Source of the DNA: Macrostomum lignano
Taxonomy: Eukaryota
Reading direction: 5' to 3'
Assembly: GCA_002269645.1 (NCBI GenBank)
Contig: NIVC01004012.1
Coordinates: 739 to 64,738 of the forward strand
Length of the DNA stretch: 64,000 nt
The notes under the pieces: generated by a model
What the model was told of the DNA's origin: nothing
The model's input: only the letters and a program-made list of their open reading frames with translations
Database searches by the model: none
Position numbers and translations under genes: made by a program
Shown here: positions 23,566-44,332 of the stretch, piece by piece
Numbering within the stretch: position 1 is the first letter of the stretch
Layout of the letters: every line of letters starts with the position of its first letter

Positions 23566-25119
23566 TCAAGCCTTGGGGTTGCGAAACTTCTTGCCAGCGT
23601 ACGTGGCCTTGGCGCCCAGCTCCTCCTCGATGCGCAGCAGCTGGTTGTACTTGGCCAGGCGCTCGCTGCGGCACGGGGCGCCAGTCTTGATCTGGCCGGT
23701 GCACAGGCCAACAACCAGATCAGCGATGGTCGTGTCCTCAGTCTCGCCGCTCCGGTGGGACACCATGACGCCCCAGCCGGCCGCCTGTGACATCTTGCAG
23801 GCCTGGATGGCCTCGGTGACCGAGCCGATCTGGTTGACCTTCAACAGCAGGGCGTTGCAGGCCTTCTTGTCGATGCCGGTCTGCACGCGCTCGGGATTGG
23901 TGACAAGCAGGTCGTCGCCAACAATCTGGATGCTGACGCCGCCGGTGAACTTGGTGTAGGCGGCCCAGTCGTCCTGATCGAAGGGATCCTCGATGCTGAC
24001 AATGGGGTACTTGGCCATCATTGACTTGTAGACGTCGGCGAGCTGGTCGGAGCTCAGCCAGGCGGACTTGTCGCTGTTGGGATTCTTGAAGTCCAGATCG
24101 TACTTGCCGTCCTTGCAGAACTCGGAGGCGGCGACGTCCATGCCGATCTCGATTCGGCCGGTGTAGCCAGCCTTGTCGATGGCCAACTTCACAAGCTCGA
24201 GGCCTTCGAAGTTGTCCTGTAAATATATTAACGCAATCATTTTGAAAATCAAAGTGCAAAAACAATTAGTAAAAGTACATAATGCATAGTGCTTCTTGTC
24301 CTTTTATTCGTAAATATTTTTGTTAAAATTTGCACTAAAATTTAAACGTCAATACATTTAAGCACCTTGCAAACTTCTGTATGACCTCTAAAAATAGATT
24401 CATAAAAACGAAAAGAATGTTTTATACTTTTATTTGATGATTTTAACAAAATTTTAGTAATAACGCACCTGGATATTCGGCGCAAAGCCACCCTCGTCTC
24501 CGACGTTGCAGGCGTCCTGGCCATACTTGGACTTGATGACGGCCTTCAGATGATGATAGACCTCCGAGCCCATTTGCATAGCTTCGGTGAAGCTGGTGGC
24601 CCCGGTCGGCAGGATCATGAACTCCTGCATCGCCAGCTTGTTGCCGGCATGCGAGCCGCCGTTAAGCACATTGAATGCCGGCACTGGCAGGCAGATCTCG
24701 GCGTTGCCAGCCAGCTGGGCAAAGTGCAGGTACAGCGGGATCGTCTTCTCGGCGGCGCCAGCCTTAGCAACGGCCAGCGAAACGCCCAGGATGGCGTTGG
24801 CGCCCAGTTTGCCCTTATTCTTGGTACCGTCCAGTTCCATCATGAACTTGTCAATTTCCTCCTGCTGGGTGCAGGTGAACTTCTTGGCCAGCAGAGCCGG
24901 AGCAATAATCTCTTTGACATTGCTGACGGCCTTGAGGACACCCTTGCCGTGGTAGGTTGTGCCCTTGTCGCGCAGTTCAACAGCCTCGTAGATACCAGTA
25001 GAGGCGCCAGACGGGACGGCGGCGCGGAACAGGCCTTTGTCGGTGCAAACATCAACTTCAACGGTTGGATTGCCGCGCGAGTCGAAGATCTGCCTGGCTG
25101 TGATGCTTCGCAGGGCCAT
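23566..25119 (-). CDS. ENO: Enolase (2-phospho-D-glycerate hydro-lyase), 433 aa
   Basis: Exons 24469-25119 and 23566-24216 (phase 0). Motifs [34 protein letters not shown] and [10 protein letters not shown]; strong GC3 codon bias. Confidence 0.98.
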
Positions 25120-26209
25120 TTCGCTAGTGTTTTGATTAGTAGAGTAGAGAGAATAAAGGGATTTCTAGGCAAAGCTGTCTTTAGTACGACGTCTCGTTTC
25201 AATTGAGGTTGGCAGTGGAGTTTTTTAGTAGTGCCTTTGCTTCACTATTATATGGCTATTCACTTTTCTAGCCGTTTTTCTCTTACCCGCTCCTCTCTAT
25301 CTCTCTTCCACTTGAGTGTACAAGGACGAACAAATGTACGTAGCACGGGGTGGGGCCATCTAGTCTGGTCTGAGCCGGCGGGGCTTTAGCTGACACTCTG
25401 CTGCGCGATCGATAAGCCCTAGAGAGCTTGATGTACATTCTGTCTGGGGTAAAAACCTTCAGTCCTTCTATATGCTAGCTTTGCTTGCAGCCTACCCGTG
25501 CCCTGTGGAAAGTAGGGGGAGAGCTAGGTATGAACACACATCGCGTATTGCCCACACCCAAGCACAGCACAAAGCAAAGCTGCTTGCTGGTTTGTCCTTT
25601 GCATGAACCCCCTATTCAATGCCTACACGGCTACGGCATGCTGTTGTGTTGATAACACAAGGCTTATGTGTACTTCAATCCAATCCCCGCGTATGCATGG
25701 CTATCAAGGCAATTTTAATGGCTAATAATGTGTCAGTAATTTCTTTAGTTGCGGTTATAGTATGTGCGTATTTTTTTATGCCTCTCAAAATGTCCTTTAT
25801 TCTAAATCTAAAGAATAGTTCGACAAGAGCACGTACAACGCAGTAAAATTCAAAGAGTATAAACAATAAGGTAAATAGTTGTAACAGAAAATAAGTCAAT
25901 CTGTATATTTGATAGCAGTTGAAAAGATAAGCGAGAGGAACCGAAAGTAATTGATGTACTTTAAGGCTGATTTGTACATCTAGCCCATTTTTGCATCTGA
26001 AATACGGAATGTACACTTTACGTATGTACAAACTATTTAAAATACTCAAGTATAACGCAGTCCGTCAGTTACGATAAAAAACCTCCGTCTACTGTGCAAG
26101 GCCCGACTCCTGGAGAGTGGAGAGTCAATTTATCAATCTTATATGAATTAGCATGAGACTTAGCACACAAAGGCAAAATGGAGTTAAATGGAGTTGAAAA
26201 TTGAGTTGC

Positions 26210-26998
26210 TTAACTATCGGGCGCGTTCGTCTCAGGTGCGGCGCGTGCATGAGCTGGCGCCACTAACCGGATGTTCGGGCACGATCGGTGAACCTCCAGC
26301 CTAGCCAGCGCTTCGACGGGCTTGTCGGCGTCCTCCCCGGTGCAGTCGGAGGCGTTGACCACGATAGCTGGTAGCGGTCGCCCGGATGCAGTGACAGTAG
26401 ACACCTCAGGAGCCGCTGGATCCGCCGCTGTCGACTGCTGCTGCTGCCTCGCTGACAAGTAGCCAGGCGGCGGCGTCGGCGGCATGCCGAGGTGATCGAC
26501 GCTCTCAAAGTAGCTGGGCGGCGGAGTCGGATAGCGGTATCCGACAACTCCGGCAGTCAGCCAAGACGGCGTCGCCCGCCGCGCTGGTGCCACCTGATGT
26601 CGTCTGGAGCGTCCGTGTCTACGCCGGCGCCGCCCGTTGTTGTCGCGAGTTTCAACGCCGGACTCTTCGTCGAAGTCGCCATCAGCATCGGGACAGCAGC
26701 AGAGCCTACAGTCCATCACCTTGCAACAGCTGCACAAGCAGAAGAATAGCAAGCCGATCACCAGCAAAATGCTCACAATGATCAGCGCGTTGAACAAGAC
26801 GCCCGACAGTTCGCTGGACCGACCACCTGGCGAAGCGGTGGATGGCTCGGTGAACGCCGACATCAGCTGTTGCTCATTTTCGTCAACTGGCCAGCGCCGC
26901 CGTTCCGAAGGCTGCGTTGGCAACAGATGCGACAGCCAGGTCGCGCTGTCCCAGTGCTGCATCGGGGTTAGCCAAGGAAGGGTTTGGTGTTCAAGCAC
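26210..26998 (-). CDS. Uncharacterised single-pass membrane protein with a Cys-rich juxtamembrane segment and two PPxY motifs
   Basis: 262-codon ORF with coding-like composition. TM segment GVLFNALIIVSILLVIGLLFF, then CLCSCC and CRLCCC, then PPSY and PPGY. First ATG at 26962; the ORF is open back to an AG|GTG at 26998. Confidence 0.75.
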   Translation of the reverse strand: MLEHQTLPWLTPMQHWDSATWLSHLLPTQPSERRRWPVDENEQQLMSAFTEPSTASPGGRSSELSGVLFNALIIVSILLVIGLLFFCLCSCCKVMDCRLCCCPDADGDFDEESGVETRDNNGRRRRRHGRSRRHQVAPARRATPSWLTAGVVGYRYPTPPPSYFESVDHLGMPPTPPPGYLSARQQQQSTAADPAAPEVSTVTASGRPLPAIVVNASDCTGEDADKPVEALARLEVHRSCPNIRLVAPAHARAAPETNAPDS

Positions 26999-28018
26999 CT
27001 ATCTAACCTCGGCATATATACGAGTATGTGGATCGTTTGTTGGCGCAGAGTTGCCTCTTTAGCTTGTAGACTAAAACAAACTCGGCTTGCTTTTTGACCT
27101 GCCAAAATTACTTAGTCTCATAGTTGGCACAACACGGGCCACTCAGATTGGACTTGGACTGCAATTTGCGATGCTGTTCAGCCGCTCAAAACTGCTATCT
27201 TTCCCAGAAACAGATAGCGTCACACTGGCGTATATAGACTTGCTATCAAAGTTAAACTTATTACTGCGGCGGTGTACATTCAGTTGGGCCCCTCGGATTT
27301 ATGGTTTGATAATTCCGTACATATTATTCGACGCAGGTATGTAGGTACATGTACACGAAGCCACGGCATGTACGTACGCATTCTTGGCGCAAGCGAGCAA
27401 CCTGTTTTTATTAAATCCAGGCGTATGAAAACAAACAAAAAGTTAAATAACAAAACATGTTTTTCTATTTCATTTCCCGTACTACACTGTAGATAGATAA
27501 CAGCTCGTAAAATGCAGAACGGATCTCAGTGGGCCGATAAATAAGTTAATATATTTAAAACCAAATATAACCAGCTATTACGCAATCAATAAGTAACAAC
27601 AAATAGCAGGGGACATCGCCAAAAAGGGGAGGGAGTCAGGTCTATCAAAAACTTTCCAGTAGTGTGGACGCGCATCGTTGGTATTTTTTTTTGACAGCGT
27701 TGCGCCGTTGTCAAGCGAGTCCCGAAGATGTATGAGTTCTCTTATTCGACTAAAAACTACTGAAAAGTTTTGCTTCTAATCGTAGTCGGCGTTTTCACTA
27801 ACAAAATAAAAGTGTAATCGCTCTTCCCAAAGCCTCAATAGCTGAGTGGCTCATATCTAGGGAATATAGGATCTATGGTGTAGTTCTACTTCTACTTCAG
27901 TTGTCCATGGCTCTATCCATGACCAAATAAACGAAAATAGACTCTTATTACACTTTGAATTTTTTCTTTGTCCCTGCCCCTATGGCGACGCCTCTAACAG
28001 AACAGTCAATGCCAGTCA

Positions 28019-37419
<9,401 letters not shown>

Positions 37420-39975
37420 TCAGTTGGTGTAAGTAGTCGACTAGAGAGTCTGGTATAGTTTTCTATGCAGCAAAATGTGAGTTTAATTTTATTTTAGTAC
37501 ACAGGATAGACTTTTTAGCACTCGTCAACAACTAGCCCAACTGAACTCACGCTGTCACGAGATTTAAATGCTACTCCATGCCAATCGGTGATTCACGGGT
37601 TCGAAGGGTTTATCAACCACTTAGTGATCAGGATGCTACACAGAGGCGTAGCCAATTGGGGGGGGGGGGCTTTACAGTATAGCTTTGGGGCTTTACAGTG
37701 TAGGGCCCTACTACACCCTTGGCACTACTACAACCCTACTTTGATGATGCCGCGACTAGCTACATCACTTCTGCCCGCTCGTGGTTTTTCGAGGGGGTAG
37801 CGCTGTTGCTGAGTGTATATAGAGGAATCTCTTGAAGTATGCCTATTGGATAGAATAAAATTGATAATGATGAAGGAATGCCAAGCTGCTATCAAGTGCA
37901 ACAATCAAATCCAACCGCTTATACCTACGAGTAATACAATCAGGATCATGGGTATAAAGTTAAAGCCTTGTCAGTCACAAAATTTTTGAAAAAGATGTAA
38001 CAAACGCAAGTTAAAATTGTCGGTTTAAATGTGCTTAATAAAAAACAACTTCAGAAATCTGTTCAGAATGAACTACTTTATAGTATATTTCAGCTGATAA
38101 TAAAACTTATCTTCAAAATTGTGCAGACACCCACGTTTATTAAATAATTTATCTGGCTTTACAACTCACGAACGGGAAAATGAAATTAATTAACTTACTA
38201 GATCTAAAGTTACAAAAAACTATGCTGCAAAAAAACTGAGCAACTTAGTCAACCGTGCTTGCGATCCTCAGTCAAGTCAACGGTTTGGGAAAAAAGAAAC
38301 AAATAGAAAACACACGACAATCTATATTCAGTATACTTAATAGTGGTTGCATTAAGGTTCATTTTATACCGCCATTTGATGAGGCATCAGTTTACATCTG
38401 ATGTACAACGCGACGAAAAATTATGTACACGCCACACAATGTGACCGTGCAAAATTGGCCGTATTTGATGGAGGCGTTAACAAGACTTGAGAGAGGCTGA
38501 TGTAAAAACGAAAATATTTTTTTAAACTTGCTCGCTGGGCATACTCGTAGATAGGGGGCTGGGGAGGAAGGACTGTCCAGAAAATCGATAGTACAATTAA
38601 TTCTCAAACAGCACGACCGGGGATAGAAAAATGGGTTGGGGTGGGGTTGATGGCTGACCAAAAAAATCGATAAAACCTTCAACCAGTGATATGTGACAGG
38701 AAGGGATGGGAGGGAAGGTTGTAGAGGGCTTGGCTTTGGGGGCCTTGGGGCTGACCATAAAATCGATAAACCCACCCCATTAAACATACGTTTAATATAA
38801 GTGTTTTCCAGATTTAAAAAAATTATGCTGTTAAAGCTACTGGATTGAGATAATAAAATCACAGCTTTTTACTATTAAATTAGACTATTATAGATCTTAA
38901 TATGCAGACATTTTAGCACAGAACTATAAAATGGACGGCAAAAAATATAAACTGTTGTATTGCGTGCACCAGAATCGGTTTGCGCATTTATTGCAGATTT
39001 ATACTTACTTATGCTACTTAGCTCATAGTACACTGTAGTAGTATACATGGAGTCTTGACAGCTGTACAATTCTCGTACGAGCGTATAACAACTCGAAGCA
39101 GACAACGAATGAATCTGCGCGTTATCATGATGCGACACAATGGTCTACATGACTAGAAAACAAAATGACAAAAAACTTGTTTCACCAGACCAGACCAGGG
39201 AAAACTAATAAATAAAGTTTAGCAACCGAAAGCGTGCGCCATATGCCACTAGCAAAATTGGATATAAATATTGCAGGCTGGAATGTGGAAACGGATCAGA
39301 GAAAAAATACAAGATTGAAAAACATTTCAAAATTGTTAATCATAAAGAGCATCTGAGTGATCGGAATTAATTGACAACTTGTGAAAGTCTTAATAAAGCA
39401 CTATACGAGTAAAGGAAATCGAAAATGTAAAAAACGCAAATTATGTCAGATACAAAAATATTCAATAAAAGCAAGCTGCAACAAAAATAAGAAGCAAAAA
39501 TAGGTTTTTTATTCATCAAAACTGTTAAATTCACAACTGCAACAAACTGCCAATTATTCTGTGATTGAACAGAGACAATCAACAGAAGAGTTATAGCTGA
39601 AAAAATTAGGCTGTATATTCAAGGTAGGAAATTTAACTAAAAAACAGATACCAAGGCCCAGTAACTCTTCTGCTTATCTCTAGTAGATAGGCAATTAGGC
39701 TTCAATAGAGCTTTTATCAACGACAATAGACAGATGGAGTTGGCGATGCACTAACAAAAGCATACACGATTCTTTTACTCTTTATACAATCTGTTCATGT
39801 GTAATATGAATTTTGGAATGTGTGGAATGTGATAGTACTAGCTAAAACATATTGCCATTTCGAATGTGCTTTCTTTTCCTTTTAAAGCGTTGCATTTCGG
39901 AGCTTTGGGTAACTTTGGGAAACACGAACTTTTACACGAATATAGACAGTAGGACAAAGAAGCACAATTCATAAT

Positions 39976-41665
39976 TTAGAAGGCTTCAGTCCTGTCTCCA
40001 CCCAGGCCTAGCTGGGAAGCGCTAGACGGGGCAGCACCGAAGGCAGTCACATCGTAGCGCTTGTTTGTCTGGGCAATATAAGCCGTAGGATGCGGCGCGG
40101 TGTCCACAGCGTACATGCACCGACTGTCGGGCCTCTGGCTCAGTCTGGGCAACAAGCAGGCAAATAGAAAGTGCGCCAACACTAGAATGGCCGCCACTGG
40201 GCAGGCTGACGTCATGACGGCCATGTGCTGGCGGACGGCGAATTTCACCGGCCCAATACAGCCCTGGCCGTGCACTCGGTAGGGCGAGGACGACGATTTG
40301 CCGTTTAAAGACAGGCCACTAACTGGGACGCAGTTTGGTCCGCCACTGCCATTGTTGCTACCCGACTGTTGCCAGTTGTGAGACGGACAGGTGCAAGAGC
40401 TAGGCGCAATCAGGATTAGCTCGGCAACAACTGACACGCCTGTGCCTGTACCGCCGGACGCTGTGGTAGTAGCGTCTTCAACGGTGGACGATGACTCGCT
40501 AGGCGTTGGCGCGTCACTTGTTGACAAATCGGACGGCGTGACAGTCTCGTCAAAAGAGGTTGGCAGAGACGGTCGCGGCGAGTCGTAGTAGCGAGTTCCG
40601 TTACGATAAGAGTACCAATCGGCGTAGGACTCAGCGCCGCAGCAGCCGAATATGGACTGGAGCGATTCCCAGCACAGCAGGACGCTGGACGCTGTGGTGG
40701 ACAGCGATGAAGAGGAACCGGCACCGCCGCCGCCTCCTTCGCCTCTGTTTAGGCCGTCCATATAGTCTAGCTTGGCTTGAACAAACAGGCTCTGCACCTC
40801 TTGAGCCGTGTCTCGGGCCTAAAAATGTTTAAACACAAGTAAAAATGAATATGTTAGCCCGGGAGATCTCTACGACAAGGGTATTTACGTCCTAAAGAAG
40901 CCCTTTGTTAACAACGATCTTCCCTACATTCCGTCCAAATATTTGCATCTGCAGAAGCTTCTTTGGATTTCTATTGCACGTAAACAAAAATACCTTTGAT
41001 TAAATAACACAAAAGGTTCCCAAAAAGAAAAACTCCCATACACGATCGACTTCCAAGTTATTGTAGCAGAGTTGAACCCAGGCAGTTTGACGAAAGTCAG
41101 GCGCGTTTAAGCGCTGAGCTACGCCCCCTATTGAAGCTTAAGAGAATCTGAAAAGAAAACGCACCTGCGCCTCGTTGCCATATTTAGCAGACAAAACCAG
41201 AGTTCCAAACAGGCCGCACACGGACAATACAAGCAGCGCCAGCAGGACGGTGGTCACCTGCTGCATCAGAGCCTGCTGCTGCTGCTGCTCCGGCTGTTGC
41301 TGGTGCTCTGGCTGTTGCTGATAGCGCTGCTGCATACAGCAGATAAATAGCAGGCCGAGCATGCCGGAAGCCAGCAGCAGGATACCAGAGGCTAAAAATA
41401 TCCACATCGGAGCGTAATAAGCAGCAAACACTGGGCAGGTCCAGAGCCGGATGCCAAGCAGCCAGGCTGACAGGCCCAGCAGGGTGAGGCCGGCTATCAG
41501 AAAGGAGGCATAAAAGGCGCACAGACAGAGGCCGAGTAGCTGCGAGCGGAACGGCTGATCGCGCAGCCCACCGCCGCTGCCGCCGTCGGCGGTCGGCTCG
41601 GAGACAGCGTCAACGTCACGACTGTCGAAGCTTTCGTGTATTGTAGCAATCCGACGGCCCGACAT
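39976..41665 (-). CDS. Tetraspanin with an enlarged EC2 loop
   Basis: Exons 41165-41665 and 39976-40818 (phase 0). Four hydrophobic segments; EC2 carries CCG, PSSC and a terminal GC before TM4. Confidence 0.82.
41063..41128 (-). pseudogene. Degenerate tRNA-like sequence (tRNA pseudogene or SINE head) in the tetraspanin intron
   Basis: GGGGGCGTAGCTCAG..CTGACTTTCGTCAAA..GGGTTCAACTC; A/B-box-like elements but imperfect stems. Confidence 0.45.
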
Positions 41666-42182
41666 GTCGATAGTTGACAAGAGCAGTCAGGTCAAGATTA
41701 GGTAAGCTCGAGCTTGTTAGAGTTTAAGCTGAAATACAACCCAAGTCTTGCCAGTAAATAATGAATTTTCATAAGCATCATGTAGTCTACTACATCCCAC
41801 CTTATCTATATTACTTATAGCGGACACATAAACCTGTTAACAACCCTACTGAGATTATTCAGGATTATGAAAGCTACCACACACTACTGACTGAGATGAT
41901 CACGCGCTCTAGGGAAAGCCGTCCCATACTACTGAGATGATTATGAATTCTGACACTATCCTACAACAATCTACGTCTTTCAGTCAATGCAGCAAATTTA
42001 ATCTGTAGTGACGGGAACTATGCTTCACCCCTATACAGCAAAAATTTATACAGTTAAATAAGATAAGAAAACACATGGAAATTAGTCCGCAATACAAATT
42101 TCTAATTTCATCCAGCATACCCGTATACTCGCGAATGCACACCAGTGTATTATAATAGTAACAATTAGCTATGCTCAAACAA

Positions 42183-42602
42183 CTAAGAATACAATGGCAT
42201 GCGCTGAAAGTGCACAGGCAAAGACGGATAGAATCTCGGACAGCTGGCCGAGTCCATCAACGAGTGCAGATGAGAAAACCAACGGGTGATGTTAGCAAAC
42301 CGCTCCTTCTCCTGACAAGTCCAACGTTCCGTAACATAGCCGCCAAGGTCTTTGTACAGCAGCAGATCGATAGCTGTTAACCGTTCCCCTAACAGGTAGG
42401 TCTGCCCAGCCAGGTAGCGTTCGTTAAGCAGCCGCAACGCTCTCTGCTCGTCCGCTTCATTGGCCATGCGCCTGAGCTGCAGAGCTCGGAACTCGAGCAG
42501 CTCGTAAGTGAGCAGCTCTTCGTCCGGCGTGGCGAAAGTCAATTTTCGGCCGGCCAGAGAGCCGCCGAATTCGCGCACTGTAGCCTGGTATGGGGCGAGC
42601 AT
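42183..42602 (-). CDS. EEF1E1: Eukaryotic translation elongation factor 1 epsilon-1 (AIMP3/p18), GST-C fold
   Basis: Single ORF; YLAGQTYLLGERLTAIDLLLY..TCQEKERFANITRWFSHL resembles human YLEDKVYLTGYNFTLADILLY..TVQEKEKYLNVSRWFCHI (recalled). Confidence 0.82.
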   Translation of the reverse strand: MLAPYQATVREFGGSLAGRKLTFATPDEELLTYELLEFRALQLRRMANEADEQRALRLLNERYLAGQTYLLGERLTAIDLLLYKDLGGYVTERWTCQEKERFANITRWFSHLHSLMDSASCPRFYPSLPVHFQRMPLYS

Positions 42603-42929
42603 GGCAACGGCGGACAGATCAGCAGCTCAGGAAGCTGAGAAGCTGCTCAGCTGTAAACAATGCACGAGGGACGAACAAACTCTAATAAGCATTGTTGCAA
42701 ACAATGGAGAGCTGCAAGCACATACAGCAAGTCTGTAAACCAATAATCCTTGATTTATTTATTATAATAAAGGTCACAACCTGATAAGACAAGGGCGATT
42801 TAAGTAGTATGATTAGCACTTAATTTATTGCGTAAAATGAAGAAACTTTTACACACACACTATAACCAGTATACTTTTTGTTTTTTTGCAAAAACAAGTA
42901 AGACAACCACTGTACCCTCACAGTGTCCC

Positions 42930-43590
42930 TAGAACCCCAAGACACATTGGCCCTAGAGACACCAGACACATTGGCCCTAGAGACCCCAGATACATTGGCC
43001 CTAGAGCCCCAGAAACAGTGGCCCTAGAGACACCAGATACATTGGCCCTAGAGACCCCAGAAACAGTGGCCCTAGAGACCCCAGAAACAGTGGCCCTAGA
43101 GACACCAGATACATTGGCCCTAGAGACACCAGACACATTGGCCCTAGAGACCCTAGACACATTGGCCCTAGAGACACCAGACACATTGGCCCTAGAGACA
43201 CCAGACACATTGGCCCTAGAGACACCAGACACATTGGCCCTAGAGACCCTAGACACATTGGCCCTAGAGACCCTAGACACATTGGCCCTAGAGACCCTAG
43301 ACACATTGGCCCTAGAGACCCTAGACACATTGGCCCTAGAGACCCTAGACACATTGGCCCTAGAGACCCTAGACACATTGGCCCTAGAGACCCTAGACAC
43401 ATTGGCCCTAGAGACCCTAGACACATTGGCCCTAGAGACCCTAGACACATTGGCCCTAGAGACACCAGACACATTGGCCCTAGAGACCCTAGACACATTG
43501 GCCCTAGAGATCCCAGACACAAAGAGCCCCAGAAAAAGTGGCCCTAGAGCCCCAGAAACAGTGGCCCTAGAGCGCTAGACGCAGTGGCCC
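42930..43590. repeat. 24-bp minisatellite between SRBD1 and EEF1E1
   Basis: Unit agacacattggccctagagacc(c/a)(c/t). Confidence 0.96.
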
Positions 43591-44332
43591 TAAACCAAAA
43601 ATGTGTATCTATAAGGCTCTAACCTAGTCGAATGCTCTTTAATTTTTAGAAAAATAAGCCATGAAAGTGAACTCTCACTAATAGTTTAAAAAATGAGTAT
43701 AACGGTTTTACTTGTTTCTTTGCAAGCAATAGTAAAATATACTGTATCAGAATAACTTGCTTACAAGAGAGAAAATGCTAACAATGAAAGAAGCTTTTAA
43801 TCGCAGTTAATATTGGCACTCTAAGAGCTGGCTGTCTCATTCTAAGACTATAGAGTTTGATGCGTTTTCTGTAAAGACACATCTTTCTTAGTGCAAAATA
43901 TCAGTGCAGAAAAGTACCAGCAGCGACTAACTACTGTTTAATAAGTAGTATAAATGTAGCAGGACGTAATATTTCAAACTGCAGAAAATTATTAGAAGGC
44001 TCAATCTCGCTTGCAAATGATTTTATAATTTTCTTAATTTATAACTTAAATTAACTTACTATTAACTATTAATCTGTGTTGCAATTATGGATAACTAAAA
44101 TCAAAGGACGCTATGCTCGCAAATTGGCAATATCTCACCTTTTGGACTTCCAAATTGCGTGCCTGTGCCCCATCTCTCCCCGAGGTGAATTTGCAAGTTT
44201 GTCAAACTATTTTTCCTGCAAGCTTCCAGTGTTCTTATCTGGCGTGCAGCAAAATTTTGCACGGGTTGCAAGTACAGCATCTTTCTACATTAGTTGTCCA
44301 TGGCTATGTTCTTGTACAGTGGCCATCAGCAA

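Noticed and set aside
23566-25119. The two enolase coding exons are both exactly 651 nt
   Set aside because: The halves show no sequence similarity; it is a coincidence.
23555-25206. Long antisense and alternate-frame ORFs over enolase and other GC-rich exons
   Set aside because: This is the expected shadow of high GC3 codon bias.
37641-37775. Possible CAGAGGCGTAGCC-type MITE
   Set aside because: The right end is degenerate and I found no matching TSD.
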